A stretch of 34,322 nt of DNA from Deltaproteobacteria bacterium (lineage in GTDB: Bacteria; Myxococcota_A; UBA9160; G020347605): contig CP070734.1 in assembly GCA_020347605.1 (NCBI GenBank), positions 3,382,021 through 3,416,342 of the forward strand. The letters are read 5' to 3'. The number at the start of each line of letters is the position of its first letter. Position 1 is the stretch's first letter. Under the pieces are notes generated by a model. The model did no database searches, was not told where the DNA came from, and worked only from the letters and a program-made list of their open reading frames with translations. Shown one piece after another: positions 8,586 through 17,718 of this stretch. Made by a program: the position numbers and the translations under genes.

Positions 8586-9752
8586 TCAGTAGCTGCGCGG
8601 CAGTCCGAGAACGTGCTCGCACAGGTAGTTGAGCACCATTTCCTGCGAAATGGGCGCGATGCGCATCAGCCGCGATTCGCGCCAATAGCGCTCGACGTGG
8701 AATTCGCGCGCGTACCCGAAGCCGCCGAACACCTGCAGCGCGCGGTCGCAGGCGCGAAACGACGCCTCCCCGGCCCGCAGCTTCGCCATGTTGGCGAGCG
8801 CGCCTGCGGCCTCGCCCCGGTCGTAGCTCCAGGCCGCCTTCTGCCAGAGCAGGTCGGCCGCCTCGAGCTCGCTGTGCGAATCCGCCAGCGGGTGCGCGAT
8901 CGCCTGGTTCTGGCCGATCGGGCGGTCGAACACGATGCGGTCCCGGGCGTAGCGCACGGCGCACTCGAGGGCGCGGCATCCGATCCCCACGGCTTCGGCC
9001 GCGATCACGATGCGCTCGGGATTGATCCCGTCGAGCAGATGGTAGAAGCCGCGACCCACCTCGCCCACGACGTCGGCCTCGGGGACGGGCAGGTCGCGGA
9101 TGTAGACCTCGTTGGAATTGACCGCGTTGCGTCCGAGCTTCGGGATCTCGCGGATCTCGCAGTGCTCCGGATCGAGATCGGCCAGGAACAGCGTCATGCC
9201 GTCCATGCGCCTGCGGCACGACTCGCGCGGCGTCGTGCGTGCGAGCAGCAGGATCTTCTGCGCCTGCTGCGCCTTCGTGTTCCAGACCTTCTTGCCGTTC
9301 ACGATGAATCGATTGCCGTCGCGGTGCGCGAACGTGCGAATGCGCGAGGTGTCGGTGCCGGCGTCGTCCTCCGTCACGCCGAACGAGACGTGGAGCTCAC
9401 CGGTCGCCGTGGGCGGCAGCGTGCGCTCCTTGAGCTCCTCGGAGCCGTGATGGATCACCGGCCCCATGCCGAAGATGGACAGGTGCAGCGTCGAAGCGGC
9501 GTTCATCGCGCCGGCGCTCGCGCCCACCGCGCGCAGCAGCGTACCGGCGTGCAGGACGCCCAGCCCCGCCCCGCCGTACCGCTCGGGGACGAGGACGCCG
9601 AGCCAGCCCTTCGTGGCGAACGCGCGATAGAACTCCCAGGGAAACGCGCGCTGCTCGTCGCGTTCGCTCCAGTAGTCGTCGTCGAAGGCTTCCGAGAGCT
9701 TCGCGGCCTCGCGCCGGATGCTCTCGAGCTCGGGATCGGCCTCGAAATCCAT
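8586..9752 (-). CDS. Acyl-CoA dehydrogenase
   Basis: FGVTEDDAGTDT, NGKKVWNT, FDRPIGQNQAI, QVFGGFGY, RIAPISQEMVL. Start at ATG 9752 (9764 is an alternative). Confidence 0.93.
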   Translation of the reverse strand: MDFEADPELESIRREAAKLSEAFDDDYWSERDEQRAFPWEFYRAFATKGWLGVLVPERYGGAGLGVLHAGTLLRAVGASAGAMNAASTLHLSIFGMGPVIHHGSEELKERTLPPTATGELHVSFGVTEDDAGTDTSRIRTFAHRDGNRFIVNGKKVWNTKAQQAQKILLLARTTPRESCRRRMDGMTLFLADLDPEHCEIREIPKLGRNAVNSNEVYIRDLPVPEADVVGEVGRGFYHLLDGINPERIVIAAEAVGIGCRALECAVRYARDRIVFDRPIGQNQAIAHPLADSHSELEAADLLWQKAAWSYDRGEAAGALANMAKLRAGEASFRACDRALQVFGGFGYAREFHVERYWRESRLMRIAPISQEMVLNYLCEHVLGLPRSY

Positions 9753-9759
9753 CGCTGCG

Positions 9760-9768
9760 ATCATATCA
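9760..9768 (-). promoter_or_regulatory. Extended -10 promoter, probably leaderless
   Basis: TG-A-TATGAT, then 7 nt, then ATG (9752). No SD sequence. Confidence 0.55.
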
Positions 9769-9849
9769 GACGCGCGTCCCGACTCCGCGCTAGGCTTCGC
9801 GAACACCGGGACGGCGCCGGCGGGGCCGCTCCGAGACGAGGAAGGACCC

Positions 9850-10455
9850 ATGATCAAGCTATACGGTGTGCCCGGATCCCGGGCCTTTCGGTCGCTCTGG
9901 ATGCTCGAAGAGCTCGGCCTCGACTACGAGAACGTGCCCGTCAACTTCGCCACCGGCGATACGCGCAAGCCGGACTACCTGAAGATCAATCCGAACGGCC
10001 ACATTCCCGCGCTCGACGACGACGGCGTGGTCCTGTTCGAATCGCTGGCCATCAACCTGTACCTGGCGCGCAAGTACGGGAAGGATCTCTGGCCCGGGAC
10101 CGTGGAGGACGAGGGCCGCGCCTTTCAGTGGACCCTGTGGGCGATGACCGAGGCGGAGGAGCCGCTGCTCACCGCGATGTTCCATCGACTGCTGTATCCC
10201 GAGAAGCAGCGCGATCCGGCCCGGGCCGACGACGCGGCGAGGCGTTTCGAGGCGCCCCTCGCCGTGCTGGACGCCGCGCTCGCGGATCGGGACTACCTGC
10301 TCGGGGGAGACTTCAGCGTCGCCGACCTGAACGTCGCCTCGGTCGTCTCCTGGACGAAGCTCGCGAAGATCGACATCTCCGGATCGGAGCACGCCGCGGC
10401 CTGGCTGGCGCGCTGCACGAGTCGGCCGGCCGTCAAGCGCGCCCAGGGCCGCTAG
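9850..10455 (+). CDS. Glutathione S-transferase
   Basis: SRAFRSLWMLEELG, INPNGHIP, LFESLAINLYLA, FSVADL. GAGGAAGGA RBS. Confidence 0.93.
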   Translation: MIKLYGVPGSRAFRSLWMLEELGLDYENVPVNFATGDTRKPDYLKINPNGHIPALDDDGVVLFESLAINLYLARKYGKDLWPGTVEDEGRAFQWTLWAMTEAEEPLLTAMFHRLLYPEKQRDPARADDAARRFEAPLAVLDAALADRDYLLGGDFSVADLNVASVVSWTKLAKIDISGSEHAAAWLARCTSRPAVKRAQGR

Positions 10456-10488
10456 CGAGCCGCTCGCGACGCGGCACGCGAGGGGGCG

Positions 10489-11334
10489 TCAGGGCAGGCC
10501 CGCTCCGGGGGACTCCACGCGCGCGGTCTCGATGCGGCCCGCGCGCTGCGCGCGCGCTTCGTCGCCGCGCGACGTCGTGGCGGTGCAGACGAAGAGCGTG
10601 CGCCGGTCGTCCCCGCCCAGCATGCAGGCGAAGGCCTGCGTCGAGACCTTCACGCGGTCGCTGACGGCGCCTCCCTCGTGCACGCGCAGCACCTCTGCGC
10701 TGACCGGCGACGCGACCCAGATCGCGCCTTCGGCGTCGAGGCAGATGCCGTCGGGGACCGCGCGCTCGAGCCGCGCCCAGACGCGCCGCCCGCCGAGCGA
10801 TCCGTCCGCCTCGATGTCGAAGGCCGTCAGGCAGGCGCCGAACGATTCGCCGACGATCAGGGTGCGCCCGTCCGGCGTGATCACACTGCCGTTCGGAAAG
10901 TCGAGGTCGTCCGCCACGATCCGTGCGTCCCCTTCGGGCGTGACCCGCACGATCTCCGCGGGCTTCGGCGTCTCGCGCGCGTCGAGATCGAATCCGAAGT
11001 TTCCCACGTAGGCGCAGCCGCCCCCGTCCACCACCATGTCGTTGCAGTGGAACGACGCCAGCGCCTCGAGGTTCGCCACCTCCGCGAGGCCGTCCGGGTC
11101 CAGCCGCAGGAGCCGGCGATCGGTCATCGACACGATCAGCAGGCGGCCGTCGGGAAGCCAACCGAGGCCGGATGGCTGTCCCGGAACGTCGACGACGGTC
11201 TCGGCGCTGCCGGTGGCGTCGACGGTCATCACCGCGCGGGCGTGCATGTCCGAGAACCAGAGCTTGCCGTCGCGCCAGCGCGGGCCCTCCGGAAAGGCGA
11301 GACCGTCCAGCAGCACGGTGGTTTCGCGGTGCAT
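10489..11334 (-). CDS. SMP-30/gluconolactonase family protein
   Basis: FPEGPRW, CNDMVVD, FPNGSVI, PDGICLDAEG. Confidence 0.93.
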   Translation of the reverse strand: MHRETTVLLDGLAFPEGPRWRDGKLWFSDMHARAVMTVDATGSAETVVDVPGQPSGLGWLPDGRLLIVSMTDRRLLRLDPDGLAEVANLEALASFHCNDMVVDGGGCAYVGNFGFDLDARETPKPAEIVRVTPEGDARIVADDLDFPNGSVITPDGRTLIVGESFGACLTAFDIEADGSLGGRRVWARLERAVPDGICLDAEGAIWVASPVSAEVLRVHEGGAVSDRVKVSTQAFACMLGGDDRRTLFVCTATTSRGDEARAQRAGRIETARVESPGAGLP

Positions 11335-11358
11335 GCGGTTCTCCGCGCGACGCGCGGC

Positions 11359-12333
11359 TCAGCGCTCCGGCGGCGCGCGGCCCGCGCGGCCGCGCTCCAC
11401 GCCGTAGTCGTAGCCGCGGCGGTACGACGGGTCGCTCTCGTACGCCCTGCGGTGGTCCTGTTCCGTCCAGACGGGCTCGACGCCCTGCGGCTTGGCGCCG
11501 CCCGTCGCCTCGGGCAGCGGCCGCTTTCTGACCGCCGGCGCTCCCTCGGGCGGTTCGCCGTCGGCCCACTCGATCACGTACATCCCGAAGTCGCCGTGGT
11601 GGCTCACGTCCGGCTCGCGGTTCGCGATCGAGAGCAGGTAGACCGGCTGGTGCAGGGCGATCCGGGCCGCCGGCCAGGCGATCCCGGCGAGGCCGGTCCA
11701 GGCCACGGCGCCGACGGGTCGCGCGGCGACCTGCGCCGGTGGCGCCAGCGCCGCGTAGGCCAGTCCGCCGCCGATGCCCAGCGGCGCCAGCGCGATCCGC
11801 GCGGCCGGCCGGACCCCGTATCCCCAGACCGCGTTCGCGATGACGCGCGGGATCCAGGCGAACGGCGCCTCTTCGACGTTCTTCGCGATGCGTCGGGTCG
11901 TGAGGCGGTAGTCCTCGGCGATGCCCTCGACGAGGAAATCGCGCGCGCTGTCTTCGACCGCGAACCGCACGCCGTCGGAGAATTCCTGCGCGCGGCGCTC
12001 CCAGAACGGTCCCTCGGAGAGCTGGGCCGCGTAGTCGGCCGCGTCCGACACGGCGTCTGCCCCGTCCTCGACGGGCGGGGCCACGCCCGGAACGATCCAG
12101 ATCCGCCAGCGGTTGCCCCTGGAGTCCGTGAGCTCACCGCGCCAGTAGAGGTCGCGCAGCTGCGGCGGCTGCGTGACGACGAACGGGCGCTCGGAGCGGT
12201 TCGGTCCGCCCGTCATGCATCCCGTCATGCATCCCGTCGCAAGCACCAGGAGCCACAGCGGCAGCCGCGCCGGCGCGCGGCGCACGCGCGTCGCCTCGGC
12301 GGGTTCGCGGGGGTGGGCGGGCGCTCGATTCAT
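11359..12333 (-). CDS. Hypothetical lipoprotein/membrane protein, 324 aa, coupled to folA
   Basis: ATG overlaps the folA stop (ATGA). Hydrophobic LPLWLLVLATGC lipobox-like segment and hydrophobic C-terminal helices. Confidence 0.7.
   Translation of the reverse strand: MNRAPAHPREPAEATRVRRAPARLPLWLLVLATGCMTGCMTGGPNRSERPFVVTQPPQLRDLYWRGELTDSRGNRWRIWIVPGVAPPVEDGADAVSDAADYAAQLSEGPFWERRAQEFSDGVRFAVEDSARDFLVEGIAEDYRLTTRRIAKNVEEAPFAWIPRVIANAVWGYGVRPAARIALAPLGIGGGLAYAALAPPAQVAARPVGAVAWTGLAGIAWPAARIALHQPVYLLSIANREPDVSHHGDFGMYVIEWADGEPPEGAPAVRKRPLPEATGGAKPQGVEPVWTEQDHRRAYESDPSYRRGYDYGVERGRAGRAPPER
12209..12238. repeat. In-frame 12-bp tandem repeat, 2.5 copies
   Basis: CCCGTCATGCAT x2 plus CCCGTC; encodes TGCMTGCMTG on the minus strand. 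Confidence 0.8.
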
Positions 12334-12857
12334 GTGTCGTTCCGTTCCGGGGCGTTCTCGCCGGTCGCTGCCCGACGCGCCGCGTAGCTGCGGATGGTGA
12401 AGGCGTGTGCATGCCGCACGTCCGCTTCGTGCCGCACCTCGTCGACGAGCCGCCAGGCCGAGAAGTCGACCTCCGGGAAGAACACGTCGCCCGCGACGTC
12501 CGTGTGGACCACCGTGAGGTAGAGCCGGTCGGCGCGCGGCAGGGCTTCGCGGTAGAGCTCGGCCCCGCCGGCCACGAACACCTCGTCGTCGCCGGCCGCC
12601 GCTGCGAGCGCGGCATCCAGATCCTCGACGACCACCGCGCCGGGCGCTCGGTAGGCCCGGTTGCGGGTGACCACGATCGTCGTCCGCTTCGGCAGCGGGC
12701 CCTGGATCGACTCGAACGTGCGCCGTCCCATGATGACCGCGTGCCCGATCGTGGCCCGCTTGAAGAAGGCCTGGTCGGCGGGCAGGTGCCAGGGCAGCCG
12801 TCCGTCGATTCCGATCACTCCGTTCTCCGACACGGCGGCGATGATCGAGAGCTTCAT
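12330..12857 (-). CDS. folA: Dihydrofolate reductase
   Basis: [48 protein letters not shown]. Overlaps the thyA stop. Confidence 0.97.
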   Translation of the reverse strand: MKLSIIAAVSENGVIGIDGRLPWHLPADQAFFKRATIGHAVIMGRRTFESIQGPLPKRTTIVVTRNRAYRAPGAVVVEDLDAALAAAAGDDEVFVAGGAELYREALPRADRLYLTVVHTDVAGDVFFPEVDFSAWRLVDEVRHEADVRHAHAFTIRSYAARRAATGENAPERNDT

Positions 12858-13648
12858 ACCGCGACGGGCGCGGGGATGTGGGGATGCGGATCGTAGCCCT
12901 CGAGCGTGAAATCCTCGTAGCGAAACTCGAAGATCGAGCGCACGCGCTCGTTGAGCCGCATGCGCGGAAGCGGGCGCGGCTCGCGCGCCAGCTGCAGCCG
13001 AGCCTTCTCGATGTGATTGTCGTAGAGGTGTGCGTCACCCAGGGTGTGGATGAACTCACCCGGCGCGAGATCGGTGACCTGCGCGACCATCTGCGTGAGC
13101 AGCGCGTAGGAGGCGATGTTGAAGGGTACGCCCAGGAAGACATCGGCGCTGCGCTGGTACAGCTGACAGGAAAGCCTGCCCTCGCCGACATAGAACTGGA
13201 ACAGCAGATGGCACGGGGGCAGCGCCATGCGATCGAGATCGGCGACGTTCCACGCGCTCACGATCAGACGGCGCGAGTCCGGGTCGCTGCGGATCTGGTT
13301 CACCACCCGCTCGATCTGGTCGATGCGCTCTCCCGACGGCGTCGGCCAGGACCGCCACTGGTAGCCGTAGACGGGGCCGAGATCGCCGGTCTCGTCCGCC
13401 CACTCGTCCCAGATCGAGACTCCGCGTTCGCGCAGGTACTTGACGTTCGTCTCGCCTCGCAGGAACCAGAGCAGCTCGTGGATGATCGACTTCCGATGCA
13501 GGCGCTTCGTCGTGAGCAGTGGAAAGCCGGCGGCGAGATCGAAGCGCATCTGATACCCGAACACGCTCCGGGTTCCGGTTCCGGTGCGGTCGCTCTTCGG
13601 CGCGCCGTGCTCCAGGATGTGTCGGAGCAGGTCGAGGTACGGCTTCAT
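12854..13648 (-). CDS. thyA: Thymidylate synthase, 264 aa
   Basis: [46 protein letters not shown]. Confidence 0.98.
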   Translation of the reverse strand: MKPYLDLLRHILEHGAPKSDRTGTGTRSVFGYQMRFDLAAGFPLLTTKRLHRKSIIHELLWFLRGETNVKYLRERGVSIWDEWADETGDLGPVYGYQWRSWPTPSGERIDQIERVVNQIRSDPDSRRLIVSAWNVADLDRMALPPCHLLFQFYVGEGRLSCQLYQRSADVFLGVPFNIASYALLTQMVAQVTDLAPGEFIHTLGDAHLYDNHIEKARLQLAREPRPLPRMRLNERVRSIFEFRYEDFTLEGYDPHPHIPAPVAV

Positions 13649-13692
13649 TCGCGGTCCGGTGCGGCGTGGGATCGCATCGGGATCGGATCTTA

Positions 13693-14253
13693 TCACCGCG
13701 AGCGGGCGGCCGCTCCGTCGCACACCTCCGCGACGGGTCGGATCGGCTCGGGCGGAGCCGCGTCCGGGCGAAGCTGAAGCTGCCAGTACTCCACGTCGTG
13801 CCAGCTCCCGGCCTTGAAGCCCACGGCCGCGAGCGTCCCCATGCGGCGCAGGCCGAAGGCCGCGTGCAACCGCTCGCTCGCCGGATTGGGAACGGCGATC
13901 ACGGCGATGGCCGAGCGATACCCCTGCGCGCGCAGCGTCGGCAGCAGGCGCGTGTAGAGTGCCGTGGCGATCCCCTGCCGGTGGTGATCGGGATGGACGT
14001 ACGCCGAGACGTCCACCGACCAGGCATACGCGCACGGTCCCTTGTGGGGCGCGGCGCGCGCGAAGCCGCACACCACGGCGTCCCGCTCGGCCACGAACCA
14101 CGGATGGTCGCGCGCGGTCTCGCGCCACGCTTGGCGCCAGCTCTCGAGCCGGACGGGCTCGACGACGAACGTCGTGTGGGTGTGGAGGACCGCCCAGTTG
14201 AAGATGTCGACGATCGCGGGCAGGTCGGTGTCGCGCGCGCGCCGGACGATCAC
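13693..14253 (-). CDS. GNAT acetyltransferase, Pat/YncA-like
   Basis: [46 protein letters not shown]. Confidence 0.9.
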   Translation of the reverse strand: MIVRRARDTDLPAIVDIFNWAVLHTHTTFVVEPVRLESWRQAWRETARDHPWFVAERDAVVCGFARAAPHKGPCAYAWSVDVSAYVHPDHHRQGIATALYTRLLPTLRAQGYRSAIAVIAVPNPASERLHAAFGLRRMGTLAAVGFKAGSWHDVEYWQLQLRPDAAPPEPIRPVAEVCDGAAARSR

Positions 14254-14314
14254 TTCGGATCTCCCCGGGTCTCCGGCCCGCAGCCGATCGGTCTGCGCGG
14301 GCCGCGCCCAGGGA

Positions 14315-14854
14315 TTAGCGCGCCGTCCTCACCGCCTCCACCTCGATCACGCCCTCGAGTCGCGAAGAGAGCTGGTGGGCGCCCTCCGGTGCGTGCGGCA
14401 CGACCCGGTAGCGATACAGACCGGGCGCGAGCTCGCAGAAGCTCGCCGCGTCGCCCGTTCGGAGCAGGCCCGAGCGGAGCTCGTCCTCGGCGAGGTGGAA
14501 GTTCACGAGGCTGTGACACACCATCGAGGCCGCCACCTCGCGCTCGAACGTGATGCGGGTGAGCCCGCGCGCATAGCTGATCCAGGTCACCGTCTCGCCC
14601 TCGCCGATCGTGATCCGCCGCGGGCTCAGTCGGTCGTCGGTGACGAGCACCGATGCCTGTCGGTTCGGCGCCCAGCGCGGGCTGAGCAGGGGGATCGGGC
14701 CCGGCACGTCGTAGCGGATCTCGGCGACGCGGCCTTCTTCGGCCCGGACCGGCAGCGGTACGGACGGGACGGCTGCGATCGCCACGGCGGCGAGCGCGGC
14801 TGCGGCGAGGCGGGCTCGGAATCCGATGCGGTCGGGTGCGGCGTGCGTGGACAT
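14315..14854 (-). CDS. Secreted cupredoxin-fold-like protein, 179 aa
   Basis: GGAGGAG RBS and signal peptide (..PVRA|EE). LSPRRITIGEGETVTW, APGLYRY and LEGVIEV resemble cupredoxin strands. Confidence 0.7.
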   Translation of the reverse strand: MSTHAAPDRIGFRARLAAAALAAVAIAAVPSVPLPVRAEEGRVAEIRYDVPGPIPLLSPRWAPNRQASVLVTDDRLSPRRITIGEGETVTWISYARGLTRITFEREVAASMVCHSLVNFHLAEDELRSGLLRTGDAASFCELAPGLYRYRVVPHAPEGAHQLSSRLEGVIEVEAVRTAR

Positions 14855-14918
14855 GGTCTCGTGTCTCCTCCGGCGCGCTCCCGCATCGCCCCGTGCCGAC
14901 CCCGCACGGCGATCGTCG

Positions 14919-14934
14919 TGCAAACCGCGGGCCA
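14919..14934 (-). promoter_or_regulatory. Sigma54 (-24/-12) promoter
   Basis: TGGCCCGCGGTTTGCA, i.e. GG-N10-GC with TGGC and TTGCA, 65 nt upstream of the ATG at 14854. Confidence 0.65.
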
Positions 14935-15085
14935 GCTCGATCCGGGGATTGGATCGCGCCGGGGACCTCCAGATCGCGCCGCACGCGGGCAAGCGGCGCA
15001 GAGGCTGCCGCCCGCGTATGCAGGTGCCGCATTGCACTGCTGCGACGCGTTGCATGCAGGCGCGCGCCGGCGATACGCTGCGCGC

Positions 15086-16141
15086 GTGACGGCCACGCCG
15101 CCCACGCGCCCGTGGACCCTTCGCGTCCTGGAGGGGGTCCCGCTCTCGCCCGCCGCCTTCGGCGTCGTCTTCGTGGTCGGCTACCTGCTCCTCCACGTCG
15201 CCGTACACGCCGCCACCGGTCGCCTCGAGGATTCGCGGATCGTGCTCCCGGTGTTCTGGGAGCGGCCGCGCTGGTGGACCGAGGTCGTGAACGCCGCGCT
15301 GCTGGGCTACCTGGCGGCGATGATCCGCTATGGGATGCACGGCGCCGCGCGCGACCTCGCGGACCTGCGGCCGGTCCTGCGCTGCTCGCGCGCCGAGTTT
15401 GCGGCGCTGCAGCGCGGCCTCGCGTTCTTCGACCCCCGTCCGCTGCTCGCGATCACGGCCCTGGCGGTGGTTCTCGCGAGCTGCGTGGCGCTCTTCGATC
15501 CCCGGATCTGGCCGGACGGGGGGCGCCCCCCGCTCACCGATCCCGTGCTGCTGTGGGTGCTCGGCCGACACGTCCTGCTGGGCTGGCTGCTCGGCCAGGC
15601 GCTCGGCATGGACGTCGCGCTGACGCGCCGCTTCTCGCGCATCGGGGCAGAGCGCGTGCGCGTCGACCTCTTCGACCTGAGCCCGCTGGCGCCCTTCGCA
15701 CGGCGCGGCCTGCGCACGGTGCTGCTGTACGCGATCGGAACCGCGATCTTCTCGCTGTTCTGGCTGGAGCCCGCGACGGCGGGCTCGGGCAATGCCCTGC
15801 TCCTCGTCGTGCTGGTCGCGCTGGCGATCGCCGCGCTCGTGCTCCCCGTGCGCGGCGTACACGGGAGCATCCGCGCGGCGAAGGCGCGCGAGCTCGACTG
15901 GGTGCGCGCCGCGATTCGAAGCCACCTCGCGGCGCTCCGGGACACCGGCGCACCGGCTTCGGGCACCGCGGCCGCGCGCCTGCCGGCGCTCCTCGACGTC
16001 GAGCGTCGCCTCGAATCGGTGCGCGAGTGGCCGTTCGACGTCTCGACACTCGTGCGTTTCGCGCTCTACGTCACGTTGGGCGTCGGGTCGTGGCTCGGCG
16101 CCGCCCTCGTCGAGCGGCTGCTCGGCGCTGCGCTCGACTGA
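15086..16141 (+). CDS. Hypothetical multi-pass membrane protein, about 351 aa
   Basis: About 7 hydrophobic segments; VDLFDLSPLAPF and VREWPFD motifs. GTG start lies 6 nt after TACGCT. Confidence 0.8.
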   Translation: MTATPPTRPWTLRVLEGVPLSPAAFGVVFVVGYLLLHVAVHAATGRLEDSRIVLPVFWERPRWWTEVVNAALLGYLAAMIRYGMHGAARDLADLRPVLRCSRAEFAALQRGLAFFDPRPLLAITALAVVLASCVALFDPRIWPDGGRPPLTDPVLLWVLGRHVLLGWLLGQALGMDVALTRRFSRIGAERVRVDLFDLSPLAPFARRGLRTVLLYAIGTAIFSLFWLEPATAGSGNALLLVVLVALAIAALVLPVRGVHGSIRAAKARELDWVRAAIRSHLAALRDTGAPASGTAAARLPALLDVERRLESVREWPFDVSTLVRFALYVTLGVGSWLGAALVERLLGAALD

Positions 16142-16151
16142 GCGACCCGCT

Positions 16152-16727
16152 TCAGCCCGTTGCGGGCGCGCGTCCGTCCGGCGGCCAGGGCTCCACGCCC
16201 TCCTCGAGCGGGACCTCGAGACTGCGCAGGACCGACGACACCAGTCGCCAGGTGCCGATCGCGGCGACCAGCTCGAGGAGCTCTGCGTCGCCGCCCACGT
16301 GGCGTCGGCAGCGGGCCCAGGTGTCGCGCGAGATCGCGCCGGTCTCGAGGGTCTCGTCCGTCGCGGCGAGCACGGCGCGGTCCGCCTCCGAGAGCTGCGT
16401 CGAGGTCTGCCAGTCGCGCACGGCGAGGAGATCCGCAGCGGGGATCCCGAGGCGCGTGGCGATTCGCCAGTGCTGGGTCCACTCGTACACCGACCCGGTG
16501 GCCCAGCCGAGGCGCAGGATCACGAGCTCCCGGAGCCGCGTGTCGAGCGAGCCCCGGAACAGCAGGCCGAACAACAGATCGGCGATCCAGCGAGCGAGCG
16601 CGGGCTGGTTGAGGAGTACGCGGAAGATCGAGAGGTCCGCGGCCTGGCCCGGTACACCCGCTTCGGCGGCGGCCTGCCGGGCCGCCTCCGGGGACAGCAT
16701 CTCGATGCGCGCAGACGTTTCGCTCAT
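16152..16727 (-). CDS. Carboxymuconolactone decarboxylase (CMD/AhpD-like) family protein
   Basis: LDTRLRELVILR, YEWTQHWRIA; no CxxC. GAGGA RBS. Confidence 0.88.
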   Translation of the reverse strand: MSETSARIEMLSPEAARQAAAEAGVPGQAADLSIFRVLLNQPALARWIADLLFGLLFRGSLDTRLRELVILRLGWATGSVYEWTQHWRIATRLGIPAADLLAVRDWQTSTQLSEADRAVLAATDETLETGAISRDTWARCRRHVGGDAELLELVAAIGTWRLVSSVLRSLEVPLEEGVEPWPPDGRAPATG

Positions 16728-16847
16728 GTGTGACTTCCTCGCGCGCGGGGCGCATCGCGGTCGCTACCGGCGCGAACCGACCCGGTTCCCTTACACTACG
16801 CGGATCGCGGCGTCCATCGGTCGATTTCGACGACGGGAGCGCGCAAC

Positions 16848-17699
16848 GTGGAATTCGTTCGCCACTGGATCGAGAAATCCGGCTACACGGCCGCGCTCGG
16901 TCTGAGGCTCGACGCGCTGAGCGAGAGCTCCGCGCGCCTGTCGCTGCCCTACGACGACGCCAATTCGAATCCGGGCAAGGCCCTCCACGGCGGCGTGGCG
17001 GCCTCCCTGTCGGCGGTGGGCAGTCAGGCCGTGGGTCGCGCCGCGCTCGGTCCAGACTCCGGCCCCTGGCACATCTGCGCGCTGCAGGTGAACTACCTCT
17101 CGGCCGCCATCGGCGAGGCCGTCGTCGCCGAGGCGCGTCTTCTGCGCCGCGGGAAGGAGATGTGCTTCGTAGAAGTCGATGTCCAGACGTCCGGGGGCAA
17201 GCCGATCGCACACGCGACGAGTGCGGTGCGCGGCCGGTTCGGCGCCGGGGAGTCCGCGCCGGCGCACGCCGCGGGCGATCACGGCGCATCGGACCCCGGG
17301 ACGATGGGCCCCCACATCGGCTCGATTCCCTTCGTGGGAAACCGCGGGATCTCGGTCGAACACATGACGGGCGGGACATCGCGTCTGGTGATGCCGTTCC
17401 AGGCGGCGAACGGCGACAGCGGCGGTGGCGTCCACGAGGGCGCGGTGCTCGCGCTGCTCGACACGACCGGGGCCATGGCCGCCTGGGCCGAGTCGGGTCC
17501 GGGGCGCTACAAGGCGTCGACGCCCTCGATCCAGGCGCAGTTGCTGATGGTTCCGCCGCAGGCGGATCTGGTCGCGTACGGCTCGTGCGTCCGGCGTGAC
17601 CGCGAGATCTTCTTCAGCGCGGTCGATGTCGCGACGGCCTCGGACGCCGTGCTGGTCGCGCGCGGGACCGTCGTCTACCGGATCCTCACCGACATCTGA
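16848..17699 (+). CDS. Tandem double hot-dog PaaI-like thioesterase
   Basis: Two PaaI-like repeats: NPGKALHGGVAASL...LQVNYL and GGVHEGAVLALLDTTG. Confidence 0.85.
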   Translation: MEFVRHWIEKSGYTAALGLRLDALSESSARLSLPYDDANSNPGKALHGGVAASLSAVGSQAVGRAALGPDSGPWHICALQVNYLSAAIGEAVVAEARLLRRGKEMCFVEVDVQTSGGKPIAHATSAVRGRFGAGESAPAHAAGDHGASDPGTMGPHIGSIPFVGNRGISVEHMTGGTSRLVMPFQAANGDSGGGVHEGAVLALLDTTGAMAAWAESGPGRYKASTPSIQAQLLMVPPQADLVAYGSCVRRDREIFFSAVDVATASDAVLVARGTVVYRILTDI

Positions 17700-17718
17700 C
17701 GGCGCTCGGTCGAAGGGG

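Noticed and set aside
8025-10664. 879-aa plus-strand ORF
   Set aside because: Antisense to MaoC/ACAD and out of frame with GST; R/A/G-rich with no motifs.
13660-13692. Clustered GATC/GGATC words upstream of thyA
   Set aside because: GATC is very frequent throughout the window and there is no regular periodicity.
12330-14253. Acquired resistance cassette (dfr plus pat)
   Set aside because: Native thyA-folA arrangement, host-like GC, and no integron or IS features.
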